Shown: positions 8,999-17,977 of the stretch, piece by piece | Layout of the letters: the number at the start of each line of letters is the position of its first letter | How positions within the stretch are numbered: position 1 is the first letter of the stretch | Source: a virus | Lineage: Duplodnaviria; Caudoviricetes | IMG/VR virus record: IMGVR_UViG_3300022181_000116 | Span: 1-27,149 of that record | Direction: 5' to 3' (one strand) | DNA: 27,149 bases | Program-made: the position numbers and the translations under genes | The notes under the pieces: model-generated | What the model was told of the DNA's origin: nothing | What the model saw: only the letters and a program-made list of their open reading frames with translations | Databases searched by the model: none

Positions 8999-9028
8999 AA
9001 GCACACTCCTTCGGGATTGTGCTTTTTT
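8999..9028 (+). terminator. Intrinsic terminator after the TA operon
   Basis: AAGCACAcTCC-TTCG-GGAtTGTGCTTTTTT: stem with a cUUCGg tetraloop and a T6 tract. Confidence 0.8.
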
Positions 9029-9054
9029 CTTGCCGAAAATCGGAGGTGAGCGAA

Positions 9055-9330
9055 CTGCTTGTCACATTAGAAGAAGCCAAATTGTATCTGCGTATTGATG
9101 GTGTGGAGGATGATTCGCTCATCCTCCATTTTATTTCCACCGCAGAGGGTATCTGCGAGGATGTCCTTCGGCGACCCCTAGCTGAATTTGTCCCTGTCCC
9201 TGAGATCCTTAAAAACGCGGGGCTGTTTCTGGTCGCCAATCTCTATGAGCAGCGCGAGGTAGCCAACATCCCTGACCTTCTGGATTTCACCCGGCGCCTG
9301 CTGCAGCCCTATCGATTGGACGGGTGGTAA
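9055..9330 (+). CDS. Head-tail connector (HK97 gp6-like); start uncertain (CTG 9055 or GTG 9046)
   Basis: VTLEEAKLYLRIDGVEDD...VANLYEQRE motif; GGAGGTG lies 6 nt before CTG 9055. Confidence 0.85.
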   Translation: MLVTLEEAKLYLRIDGVEDDSLILHFISTAEGICEDVLRRPLAEFVPVPEILKNAGLFLVANLYEQREVANIPDLLDFTRRLLQPYRLDGW

Positions 9331-9665
9331 TGATGAAAATTGGCGAGCTCAGTAAACGAATCACCCTTTTGCAGATTTCCACCACAATCGATGTAAACGG
9401 CTTTGCCCATGACTCAGAAGCCGAGCTGACTACCGTGTGGGCCTCTGTGTCCAATCTTCATGGCAAGGAATATTTTGCAGCTAAAGCCGTCCAGGCAGAA
9501 AACACCGTCAAATTCACAATCCGCTATCGTACCGGTATCACATCCTATATGAAGATAAGATTTCAGGACCGGCTGTTTAACATCACCGACATCGATGACA
9601 TCAAATATCGCCGAAAATTTCTGGAAATCAAAGCGGTGGAGGTGTTGCCCAGTGGCCAAAATTGA
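9330..9665 (+). CDS. Head closure / head-tail adaptor protein
   Basis: GELSKRIT, TVWASV, FTIRY, FNITDIDD; TAATG coupling with the upstream gene. Confidence 0.88.
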   Translation: MMKIGELSKRITLLQISTTIDVNGFAHDSEAELTTVWASVSNLHGKEYFAAKAVQAENTVKFTIRYRTGITSYMKIRFQDRLFNITDIDDIKYRRKFLEIKAVEVLPSGQN

Positions 9666-10047
9666 ACTGGAAGGCATGGATGAGCTGATCAGTAAGGTCA
9701 ACAAACTCGGAACCAAAGGCATGGACATCAAACAAAAAGCACTTTCTCGAGCGGGGAAACTAGTCAAGGCAAGTATGGAATCCAAAGCCCCCCGGTCGGA
9801 TCAAAGCAAAACCCACATGGCAGACAACATAGCCGTGTCGGACATCAAGCAGGAAAACGGGGTGGATTTCGTCCAGGTCGGACCGACCAAGGGCGATAAC
9901 TCCCCGTTTTTCTATAGCAAATTCACTGAGTGGGGTACATCCAAGATCCCTGCCCAGCACTGGGCCGAAAAGTCCGTGCGGGAAAACAAAGGCCCGATCA
10001 ATAACGTGATCCGGGAGGAACTGGAAAGGGGCATTAATGGTGATTAA
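9652..10047 (+). CDS. HK97 gp10-family tail component
   Basis: GTG 9652 after GGAGGTG; IELEGMDEL...KAP...FTEWGTSKIPAQHW. Confidence 0.85.
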   Translation: MAKIELEGMDELISKVNKLGTKGMDIKQKALSRAGKLVKASMESKAPRSDQSKTHMADNIAVSDIKQENGVDFVQVGPTKGDNSPFFYSKFTEWGTSKIPAQHWAEKSVRENKGPINNVIREELERGINGD

Positions 10048-10375
10048 CAAAATCGTCCTGGAAACCCTGGCAACTGTGGGTGTTCCCGTGGCCTTTCAGA
10101 AATACACCGGCAAGGAAAACACCTACATCACCTTTCATGAATACCTGCAAAACGGTGAGGATTTTTCCGAGGATCAGGAGAGTCACACCGGACACTTCAT
10201 CCAGGTCGATATCTGGTCGAAATCGGACTACACCGCATTGGTTGCAACGGTGAAAACATTACTTATGGCAGCTGGGTTTCACCGCCTGAACGAAGCGGAT
10301 TTCTATGAGCCGGACACCGGGCTTTATCACAAAGGGATCAAATTCTATTATCTCGAATCACAGGAGGACACCTAA
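10037..10375 (+). CDS. Tail completion/terminator protein (putative)
   Basis: YITF...IQVDIWSK...AGF...YEPDTGLYHK pattern; directly precedes the major tail gene. Confidence 0.7.
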   Translation: MVINKIVLETLATVGVPVAFQKYTGKENTYITFHEYLQNGEDFSEDQESHTGHFIQVDIWSKSDYTALVATVKTLLMAAGFHRLNEADFYEPDTGLYHKGIKFYYLESQEDT

Positions 10376-10948
10376 ATGGCCAGACAAATCGGTCTTAGAG
10401 ATATTCACATCGCGCTTCTGACCAAAGACGACAACACCGGGGCGACCTATGCCACCCCGACCAAACTGGAACGCGCGATCAGCGCCAAACTCTCCCCGAA
10501 GGTCAATTCGGAGAACATCTATTCAGATGACACCGTCGAGGATGTCATCACATCCTTTGACAGCATCGAGGTCGAAATCGAACTGAATCAATTGTCCCTC
10601 ACAAGCCGTGCGACCTTGCAGGGCGCATCGGTTGTGACAGGGGTCCTGATCGAAAGCAAGCAGGACCTGGCACCGACTGTCGCTCTGGGCTTTAAGTCTA
10701 AAAAGCATAACGGTAAGTACCGCTTCGTCTGGCTTCTGAAGGGCAAGTTCGAGCTGGCGGCCGATGAATATGACACCGAAGCGGATAAGCCCGCTCCGAA
10801 GACCGCCAAGCTCAAAGGTACATTCTATTCGCGTGATTTTGATGGCAACTTCCGTTTCATCGCCGATGAAGACGAGGTCGGGATCGATCCGCTGATCATC
10901 GCCAGTTGGTTCACCGCTGTTCCGGCTGAACCGGTCGCCACCCCGTAA
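10376..10948 (+). CDS. Major tail protein (phi13-like family)
   Basis: IGLRDIHIA, YSDD, APTVALGF, YRFVWLLKGKF; synteny. Confidence 0.9.
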   Translation: MARQIGLRDIHIALLTKDDNTGATYATPTKLERAISAKLSPKVNSENIYSDDTVEDVITSFDSIEVEIELNQLSLTSRATLQGASVVTGVLIESKQDLAPTVALGFKSKKHNGKYRFVWLLKGKFELAADEYDTEADKPAPKTAKLKGTFYSRDFDGNFRFIADEDEVGIDPLIIASWFTAVPAEPVATP

Positions 10949-10967
10949 ATGAAGGAGGATTTTTATT

Positions 10968-11306
10968 TTGAAAGCTTCTGAACTGAAAAACAAAGGCATC
11001 CCCTTCTCCCTCGGCGGCAAGGACTATGAAATCAAGCTCAACATGAATACCTTTTGTGAACTTGAAGATGTTTATGGCGACATCAACCTGGCCTTTGAGG
11101 ATTTACAGAAAATGAAACTCAAAGCTATCCGCGCCCTGATCTATGCCTCGATCAAGGTCGAAGATGAAGGAATCTCCCTGCGTCAGGTCGGAGAGCTTTT
11201 GGAGCTAAGCGACCTCGAACGGCTGGGAGCAGCGATCAACGAAGCGCTCGACAAGGCCATGCCCGAAACGGAGTCAGAAACACTGGGGGAACAGATAGCC
11301 ACTTAG
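10968..11306 (+). CDS. Tail assembly chaperone (gpG-like)
   Basis: Between MTP and TMP; TTG start after AAGGAGG; ends with slippery G GGG GAA at 11285-11291. Confidence 0.85.
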   Translation: MKASELKNKGIPFSLGGKDYEIKLNMNTFCELEDVYGDINLAFEDLQKMKLKAIRALIYASIKVEDEGISLRQVGELLELSDLERLGAAINEALDKAMPETESETLGEQIAT

Positions 11307-11488
11307 AGTCCAACACCTGGGACTGGGAGTGGCTTTTCTATTTGGCGACCAATCTTCTCAAAATGACTGAGGATCAGTTTTGGCTCAGTACACCAAAAAA
11401 GCTCCAGGCGCTGTATAAGGTCTATCGCTCGGTGCATGGGTTTGATCTGGATGATGCCACCGACACCATCGACAACATCTTGTTTTAG
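11285..11488 (+). CDS. -1 frameshift extension of the tail chaperone (gpGT-like), absent from the ORF track
   Basis: The -1 frame from GGGGGAA is open to TAG 11486-11488: GTDSHLESNTWDWEWLFYLATNLLKMTEDQFWLSTPKKLQALYKVYRSVHGFDLDDATDTIDNILF. Confidence 0.85.
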   Translation, partial: GGTDSHLESNTWDWEWLFYLATNLLKMTEDQFWLSTPKKLQALYKVYRSVHGFDLDDATDTIDNILF

Positions 11489-11508
11489 GAAGGAGGTGTT
11501 TATTAATC

Positions 11509-13401
11509 ATGGCCGGAGATACCAATACCGTCATTGCCCGGATCGGACTGGACGATCGCGGGTTTCAGGAAGGTGTTAGCAAAATCCAGCGCAGCCTGAA
11601 AGTGGTCCAGAGCGAGTTTGCTGCCGCCAGCGCCGGTTTGGGTGATTTCGGCAAATCGACCGAAGGCTTGAAATTAAAAGCAGATAGCCTCAATCGACAG
11701 GTGGACATCCAAACCCAGAAGGTCCGCGAGCTGGAGCATGCTTATCAAGCCAGTGTCCGGGCCAAGGGTGAAGATGCCAAAGCGACCGAGAACCTCAAAA
11801 TCAAGGTCAATTACGCCACCGCCGAGCTCAACAAAATGCAGCAGGAGCTGCAGGAAACCACGCGGGAACTGAACCTGAAAAGCTCGGCCTGGTACAAGCT
11901 CTCCCAGAACATGGATGCTGCTGGAAAGAAAATGAAGGTGTTTGGTGACAAGCTGTCCTCGGTCGGCAAGACGCTCTCAACCGCAGTGACCTTGCCGATC
12001 TTGGGGATTGCCACGGCATCCACCAAACTGGCGATGGATGCGGTTGAGTCCGAGAACCTGTTCGAAGTGGCGATGGGCGATATGGCTGACTCGGCCCGTA
12101 AATGGTCAGATGAAACGTCTAAAGCACTCGGGCTGAATGCTTATGCAGTGCGAAAGAACGTTGCCACCTACAACGCCATGCTGACCTCGATGGGCCTTTC
12201 CGACGATGAATCCCTAAAACTCTCCGAAACCTTGACCCAGCTGTCCTATGACATGGCGTCGTTTTACAACTTAAGTCCGGATGAAGCGTTCAACAAGCTA
12301 AAGTCCGGTATCTCCGGTGAAGCGGAGCCCTTGAAGGCGCTCGGTATTCTGGTGAATGAAAACACGGTCAAATCCTATGCTTATGCCAATGGGATTGCCA
12401 AGCAGGGCGAAGCTCTGACCGAGGCCCAAAAGGTCCAAGCCCGGTTTGGTGTGATCATGGAATCGACCAAAAACGCCCAGGGGGATCTGGCAAGAACCCT
12501 GGACTCGCCGACCAATAAGCTTCGGATCATGCAGGAACAAGCCACTCAGCTAGGAATCCAGTTCGGCCAGATCCTGATCCCTGTATTGGAAAAGATCATC
12601 AGCGTAGTAAAGCCCCTGATGGACGCTTTTCAGGGTCTTTCCAAAGAACAGCAAGAGCAGATCGTCAAAATCGCCCTCGTTGCAGCAGCTGCCGGACCGG
12701 TGATCGGGATTGTCGGCAAGATCATTTCTGTCATTGGCGGCATATCAACTGCAGTCGGAGTCATTTCGGGTACTTTGGCATCGGTTGGCGGCATCAGCGG
12801 TGCTCTGGGTGCGGCCTTTACGGCACTGACCGGTCCGATCGGGCTGGTGATCGCCATCATCGCGGGACTGATTGCCGTGGGCATCCTTTTATATACGAAC
12901 TGGGACACCGTCAAACAAAAGACCTCAGAAATTTGGAACAGCATCAAGTCTGGTGTCGAAGGGCCGATGAATGCGGTCAAGAACACAATCCGGACCGCTC
13001 TAGATGCGATCGTCGGCTTCTTTCGCAACTTGAAACTCCCAGAAATCAAAATCCCCAAGCCAAAGCTGCCACATTTTGAGATTTCAGGGTCGTTTAGCAT
13101 TAATCCGCCCAGTGTGCCCAAACTTGGCATCAAGTGGTATGCCAGCGGCGGTATCTTCAACAGCCCAAGCGTGATCGGTGTCGGTGAAGCGGGGTCAGAA
13201 GCAGTTGTCCCGATCGATCGGCTGGAAAACCTGATCATCTCGGCGATGCAAAAAGTCAGTCTTGGTAAAAAAGGGCAACCTAATGTGGGTGCATCGGGGG
13301 TAACCAATACCTACAACATCACGATCCACAATCCCAAGCCGGAAAGCTCCGAGGACAGCATCCGACGCACACTTTTGAAGCATTCCTATGGGGTGGTCTA
13401 A
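11509..13401 (+). CDS. Tape measure protein (630 aa)
   Basis: Ala/Gly-rich helical protein, VTLPILG, hydrophobic GPIGLVIAIIAGLIAVG segment, C-terminal WYASGG...GEAGSEAVVP. Confidence 0.93.
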   Translation: MAGDTNTVIARIGLDDRGFQEGVSKIQRSLKVVQSEFAAASAGLGDFGKSTEGLKLKADSLNRQVDIQTQKVRELEHAYQASVRAKGEDAKATENLKIKVNYATAELNKMQQELQETTRELNLKSSAWYKLSQNMDAAGKKMKVFGDKLSSVGKTLSTAVTLPILGIATASTKLAMDAVESENLFEVAMGDMADSARKWSDETSKALGLNAYAVRKNVATYNAMLTSMGLSDDESLKLSETLTQLSYDMASFYNLSPDEAFNKLKSGISGEAEPLKALGILVNENTVKSYAYANGIAKQGEALTEAQKVQARFGVIMESTKNAQGDLARTLDSPTNKLRIMQEQATQLGIQFGQILIPVLEKIISVVKPLMDAFQGLSKEQQEQIVKIALVAAAAGPVIGIVGKIISVIGGISTAVGVISGTLASVGGISGALGAAFTALTGPIGLVIAIIAGLIAVGILLYTNWDTVKQKTSEIWNSIKSGVEGPMNAVKNTIRTALDAIVGFFRNLKLPEIKIPKPKLPHFEISGSFSINPPSVPKLGIKWYASGGIFNSPSVIGVGEAGSEAVVPIDRLENLIISAMQKVSLGKKGQPNVGASGVTNTYNITIHNPKPESSEDSIRRTLLKHSYGVV

Positions 13402-14205
13402 ATGGAACAGTATAGTTTTGACAGCGAACTCCTGCAAAACAAAGCCTGGGGAATCTATGAAGTATCGGATGGTCTGGGCACACCGGGATTTCGTGGTGAA
13501 AACATCCAGATCCCCTATCTGGATGGCAAGCACTGGATCAAGAAGCGCTACAGCGATCGAGTTTTGACTTTCCTGATGTGGGTGCGTTCGGTTGATCCGT
13601 CCACCGGGGCAATCCCCAGCGACAAGACGCCGGATCAGGTTTTGAGCGACAACATCGATCGCTTGGGTCAGCTGTTTGGTTCACCGGGCCAACATGTCTT
13701 GGCCATGCAAATGCCGGACGGCACCTCACGCGAGGCGGCGGTCGAGATTTTGCGTCCGGTCAAATTTAGCCGCAAGCCGCTTGGTCTAACCAAATTTGCT
13801 CTAGAAATATCCATGGCGGATCCGTTTTTCTATGCTATTGACCTTTACTCCGATCAGCAGCTCATTTCATTACCAACCTTCGCCTGGGTTCATACCAACC
13901 CGGGTACAGCGCCTGCCACAAAGATCAGTCTGGTCCTGACCGGGCCATTGGAGTCACCGAAACTGGAGTGCCTGGAAACTGGCACCTGGGTGCAGTATCA
14001 GGGCAGCATTTCTGATGGTGAAGCAGTCACGATCGACATGGCGGATTTCACCTGTGAAAAAGACAGTTTGAACATGATCTCGGCCATCAAGCACGCGGGT
14101 GATGCCAATTGGCTGATGCTGAGTGCGGGGGACAACCATCTGACCTTAACAAGCAGCGTGACCGGGGGCAACTGCCAGATCCTCTATTATCCTGCCTACT
14201 TCTAA
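13402..14205 (+). CDS. Distal tail protein (Dit-like)
   Basis: Follows TMP; DPFFY, NPGTAPA, L-x-AGDN-x-L patterns. Confidence 0.75.
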   Translation: MEQYSFDSELLQNKAWGIYEVSDGLGTPGFRGENIQIPYLDGKHWIKKRYSDRVLTFLMWVRSVDPSTGAIPSDKTPDQVLSDNIDRLGQLFGSPGQHVLAMQMPDGTSREAAVEILRPVKFSRKPLGLTKFALEISMADPFFYAIDLYSDQQLISLPTFAWVHTNPGTAPATKISLVLTGPLESPKLECLETGTWVQYQGSISDGEAVTIDMADFTCEKDSLNMISAIKHAGDANWLMLSAGDNHLTLTSSVTGGNCQILYYPAYF

Positions 14206-14218
14206 GGAGTAAAACACC

Positions 14219-15082
14219 ATGTATCCTACGATCAACAACCATCGCATCCCGTTTGATCTGGATGGTACCGAAATCGGATACCGCACCGCAGCCAACAGCT
14301 CCATATCAACCATTCTGGCTAACGGGATCAACAGCTGGCTGAGCGAATCCGACAAGCAAAACCTAAACAGCGAGACAAGGGCTCAAAGCTGGGGCAAGTC
14401 CCTCGACAGCCCCGGGTTTGCCTTGTGGTTTTTCTTCCCTGAGGCACGCGTGATCAACCAGATCGCTTTCTTTTATCCCAGCACACCTATCTCCACCATT
14501 TCCACCCATACCATCCAAGGTTCGGCGGATACGACCAATGGTATGGATGGAACCTGGGAGACAGCGAGCTATTCGTTCATCACCCCTGCGGTGGATCTGG
14601 ACTACTGGCGAAAAAATATCATGGCGGTTTCATTCTCTGGACCCGTGAAGGCGCTACGCATTGCGCTGCAGTCAACCGGTGTCAATAACTCGATTTGGAT
14701 CCAGGGCCTTCACTTGTATGGTACAAAGGCATCTGGCGAACAGCCTGACGACATCGTATTCTGTGATGCAACCGGAACGCCTTTGACAATACTCACCGAT
14801 TGGGGTGACCAGCCGGAAGGAACGACCGAGGTGCAGACCATCAAAATCAAGAATGCCAGTGCCAGCAAGATCGCCAATGACATCTCACTGCTCTTAAACC
14901 ACAGCGACTTTGCCTTTTCGTTTTCAGAGTCCGGACCATGGCAATCATCGCTGTCGATTGCAAGCCTTGGCCCGGAGTCCCTGAGCAGCTTGATTTACGT
15001 CCGAAACAACCTCATTCCACCGCTTCTGACTTTGGGACCGAAAGCAGCACGGCTGATCGCAACGGTGGGCAGTTGGACATAA
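14219..15082 (+). CDS. Tail-tip/baseplate protein, beta-rich (possible discoidin-like plus Ig-like domains)
   Basis: Position in the tail module; IQGSADTTNGMDGTWET motif; Ser/Thr-rich beta-strand composition. Confidence 0.6.
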   Translation: MYPTINNHRIPFDLDGTEIGYRTAANSSISTILANGINSWLSESDKQNLNSETRAQSWGKSLDSPGFALWFFFPEARVINQIAFFYPSTPISTISTHTIQGSADTTNGMDGTWETASYSFITPAVDLDYWRKNIMAVSFSGPVKALRIALQSTGVNNSIWIQGLHLYGTKASGEQPDDIVFCDATGTPLTILTDWGDQPEGTTEVQTIKIKNASASKIANDISLLLNHSDFAFSFSESGPWQSSLSIASLGPESLSSLIYVRNNLIPPLLTLGPKAARLIATVGSWT

Positions 15083-15096
15083 AGGGGGATTAGACC

Positions 15097-17958
15097 ATGG
15101 GACTTCCTGCACTAACCCTCATTGCCCCGGTTGACCTCGCTTCATTTTCTGATCTGGCAGTTGCATTCGATGCTTCCTATGCAGATCCGGCAAATGGTCT
15201 GGTCGCATCTTCGGTCGTATTTGAGATTGATACCGTCAACACCTTTGACAGTGTCAATAAACGCACGAGTACCTTTTCAAACAAGACATCTGGTTCTATT
15301 TGCCGTATGGCTGTCATTGTCTTTGACTCAACGTGGTACTGGCGGGTGATTGCTACGAACTCAGATGGAACGACCGTTTCTACAGTAAAAACCTTTTCTG
15401 TCGCCAACACCGTCAAACGCACACTGTATCAGGTCGAAAACATCGCCAAGCAGGGACCGGACTGGACCAGCAAGCGGGTTTTGTACCAGTTCGAAAATAT
15501 CGCCAAGTTCGGGCCTGTGTGGTCTGGGACACGCGCCATTTACGAGTATGAAAACATCACGTCAGATCCGCCTTTTCCTACCATTGACCGCATATCCACC
15601 AACCGGACCACACCGGGGTCTGTCCTGACCATCTATGGTAATGGTTTTGGAGCCAAACCCGATACCGACCCGACAAATGTGGACCGGACCTTGCGTGGTT
15701 ATGGCGGTTTTGTGTATCTGGGTGAGCAGCTATGTAGCATCATCTCCTGGAGTTGGCAACAGATTGTCTGCCAAATCCCCCAGGAATCCCAGAGCAGCGC
15801 GATCAAGGTGACTTTGACTGCTCCGGTTGAATCGGGTGTGCGGGATAGTAACCTGATCGGGATCGAGATCATCGCCGGGGAACCGACCCAGGATGTGGGA
15901 CTGGAGCTGTTCATCTATGACAAGAATAATCCCAACACCATCCTGTGTCAGCTTGAAAGCGCCAAGGCAAAATCCTTTCAGATGCTGCTCAACAATGCCG
16001 GAAGCGGGCGGTTTTCGATCAGCCGCACAGATCCCAAGGGTGGCGATCCGGCGATTCTGACTGACCAGAACTTTGTGCTTTGTCGGTTAGACGGCGTTGA
16101 TATCTTCAAGTGGATCATCGAAGGCATACGGCCCAATTATGTCGATGATTCCGAGCAGCAGCTGATTGAAGTCAGTGGCCGGGGTGTTTTGACTCTTTTG
16201 GAGCGAGCGGTTGTCTATCCCGAAGATATGCCGCACCCGACCAGCCTGGAGCGCGTGTTTGTTGACATGCATGGCGGAGCAATCCTTCGACTGCTGATCC
16301 TTGAAGCGCAGCAGCGCGGGTGTTTGCCGGGTGTCGTCATCGACTGGACATCGGATCAAGACAGTGTCGGCACGCCGTTTGAAGATCTGACGACCGTATC
16401 CTTTCATGCTGGAACGCCTTTGACTCAGGTGATCAGCAAGCTCAGCGACGGGTTTGGTCTTTTCGATCTGGAAATGACACCGAACCTATATTTGAAGCTT
16501 TACAAGGTGAAGGGCACAGACATTTCTCAGGAGATCATCTATCGCCCTGGTCAGGCAATCCTTCGTACCCAGAAACAGACCGACAGTACGAAAATGACCA
16601 ACGCCCTGCTGGTGGAAGGTGAAAATGGCGCCCTGGTTGAGACGACCCATCCGACCGGTCAAGCCAGCTGGGGGCGGCGCGAAGGATACCTTCAAGCACG
16701 AAACATGGCCGATGACTGGGCAAAACTTCAGGACTACGGTCAGCTGTACCTGAAATCTGCTGCTGAGGTCAACTGGGGCATCCAGGGTACGGTATTGTCG
16801 TTTGTCAATTCCAAGGGGCAACGCCTGAAACCGCTGGAGAGTTTCTTGCTCGGGGACTGGATCGGTTGGACAATTCCACCTGAAGGATCTGACACCGCTG
16901 GATTTTCCGAGTCGGTTCGGGTCAAGGGGATCTCTTGCGAGGAAGCAGACTCTGGGCTTTTGACCTACACCCTGGATCTCAACAATGTCCTACTGGAACA
17001 CGATATCCGGATGAATCAGATGGTAGAACGCATGGCGATGTTTACCCAAAACTCGCCCCTTTCAGCTCTGTCAACCCAGACGCCAGCGAATAAGGACCAT
17101 AACCATACGCATGCTGCATTGAACGGATTGTCTTCAGATGATCACCCGCAGTATTTCAATTCAGACCGGCATGCTTCGGATACACATTCGAGCCTCATCC
17201 GGGTCAATGGCGTCAAAACAGCCGGTGCGGACCTGCTCTCCGGGGAAGTGACCTTCCAGGCGGGAACCAACGTCTCCCTGTCTCAGGACAATGATCTCAA
17301 AACCATTATCATTGCAGCCTCTGGTGGCGGCGGTGGCAGTGGCTATGAAAATCCGATCGATGAACCACCTGCCATCCCTCATGCAATGGATGACGAGTTT
17401 TCCGATACGGTTTTGGATGCTAAATGGGCCTGGGTGAACCAGGGGGCTGCCACATGGACTGAGCAGGATGGGTTTGGAAAATTGGTTGTTCCGACAGCAG
17501 TTGGTGACAACATGCGTGTGTTGGTTCAATCCAAGCCAACCGGCGATTTTACTATCGTGGTCAAACTGGCACGGTTTCATGTTCCTTGGAACAACTTCTT
17601 CTCTGCTGGACTTGTCATGCGAGATAGTGCCACCGGTCGGTTGGTGATGTGGGGGCTTTGTAAACGAAGTACCTATGAAGGTGTCCATTACTTCAAGTTC
17701 AACAGCCCAACCTCCTTTAACTCGGAACCCTTGCTGCGCTCGTTCTCGGAGTTTAAATACCTGCGCTGCCGGTTTGTTGGGTCAACGGTCTATGCGGATA
17801 TGTCCTATGACGGGACCAACTGGGTGCAGCATGTATCTGAAACAATCACGTCCTTTTTGACAGGGTTTAACCAAGTCGGGATTGGAATTTTCAGAAACAA
17901 TAATGACGGCAACTCCAACTACTATGGCTTGTTCGACTGGTTTCGGGTGAACCAATAA
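15097..17958 (+). CDS. Multidomain tail protein: Ig/Fn3-like, 19-aa repeats, IPT/TIG-like, Tal-like core, His motif, Gly linker, ConA-like receptor-binding domain
   Basis: WYWRVIATNSDG; PTIDRIS...PGSVLTIYGNGFG...SWSWQQIVCQIP; LLNNAGSGRFSI; DDHPQY; GGGGGSG; DDEF...LDAKW...SYDGTNW...VGI...FDWFRV. Confidence 0.8.
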   Translation: MGLPALTLIAPVDLASFSDLAVAFDASYADPANGLVASSVVFEIDTVNTFDSVNKRTSTFSNKTSGSICRMAVIVFDSTWYWRVIATNSDGTTVSTVKTFSVANTVKRTLYQVENIAKQGPDWTSKRVLYQFENIAKFGPVWSGTRAIYEYENITSDPPFPTIDRISTNRTTPGSVLTIYGNGFGAKPDTDPTNVDRTLRGYGGFVYLGEQLCSIISWSWQQIVCQIPQESQSSAIKVTLTAPVESGVRDSNLIGIEIIAGEPTQDVGLELFIYDKNNPNTILCQLESAKAKSFQMLLNNAGSGRFSISRTDPKGGDPAILTDQNFVLCRLDGVDIFKWIIEGIRPNYVDDSEQQLIEVSGRGVLTLLERAVVYPEDMPHPTSLERVFVDMHGGAILRLLILEAQQRGCLPGVVIDWTSDQDSVGTPFEDLTTVSFHAGTPLTQVISKLSDGFGLFDLEMTPNLYLKLYKVKGTDISQEIIYRPGQAILRTQKQTDSTKMTNALLVEGENGALVETTHPTGQASWGRREGYLQARNMADDWAKLQDYGQLYLKSAAEVNWGIQGTVLSFVNSKGQRLKPLESFLLGDWIGWTIPPEGSDTAGFSESVRVKGISCEEADSGLLTYTLDLNNVLLEHDIRMNQMVERMAMFTQNSPLSALSTQTPANKDHNHTHAALNGLSSDDHPQYFNSDRHASDTHSSLIRVNGVKTAGADLLSGEVTFQAGTNVSLSQDNDLKTIIIAASGGGGGSGYENPIDEPPAIPHAMDDEFSDTVLDAKWAWVNQGAATWTEQDGFGKLVVPTAVGDNMRVLVQSKPTGDFTIVVKLARFHVPWNNFFSAGLVMRDSATGRLVMWGLCKRSTYEGVHYFKFNSPTSFNSEPLLRSFSEFKYLRCRFVGSTVYADMSYDGTNWVQHVSETITSFLTGFNQVGIGIFRNNNDGNSNYYGLFDWFRVNQ
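15415..15561 (+). repeat. Three degenerate 57-bp (19-aa) tandem repeats in the tail protein
   Basis: KRTLYQVENIAKQGPDWTS / KRVLYQFENIAKFGPVWSG / TRAIYEYENIT, starting at 15415, 15472 and 15529. Confidence 0.85.
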
Positions 17959-17977
17959 ATTCTTGAAAGCGAGTGCA

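Noticed and set aside
10935-10967. +1 frameshift or readthrough at the end of the major tail gene
   Set aside because: Ends ACC CCG TAA rather than CCC TAA, and the next gene's RBS follows at once, leaving no room for an extension.
11509-13401. Short tape measure as evidence of a GTA, tailocin or deleted gene
   Set aside because: N- and C-terminal motifs are intact, 630 aa is within the siphophage range, and full head genes plus recombinases are present.
17700-17958. AAC/AAT-rich 3' end of the tail protein as a DGR variable region
   Set aside because: No second (template) copy and no reverse transcriptase seen in the window.
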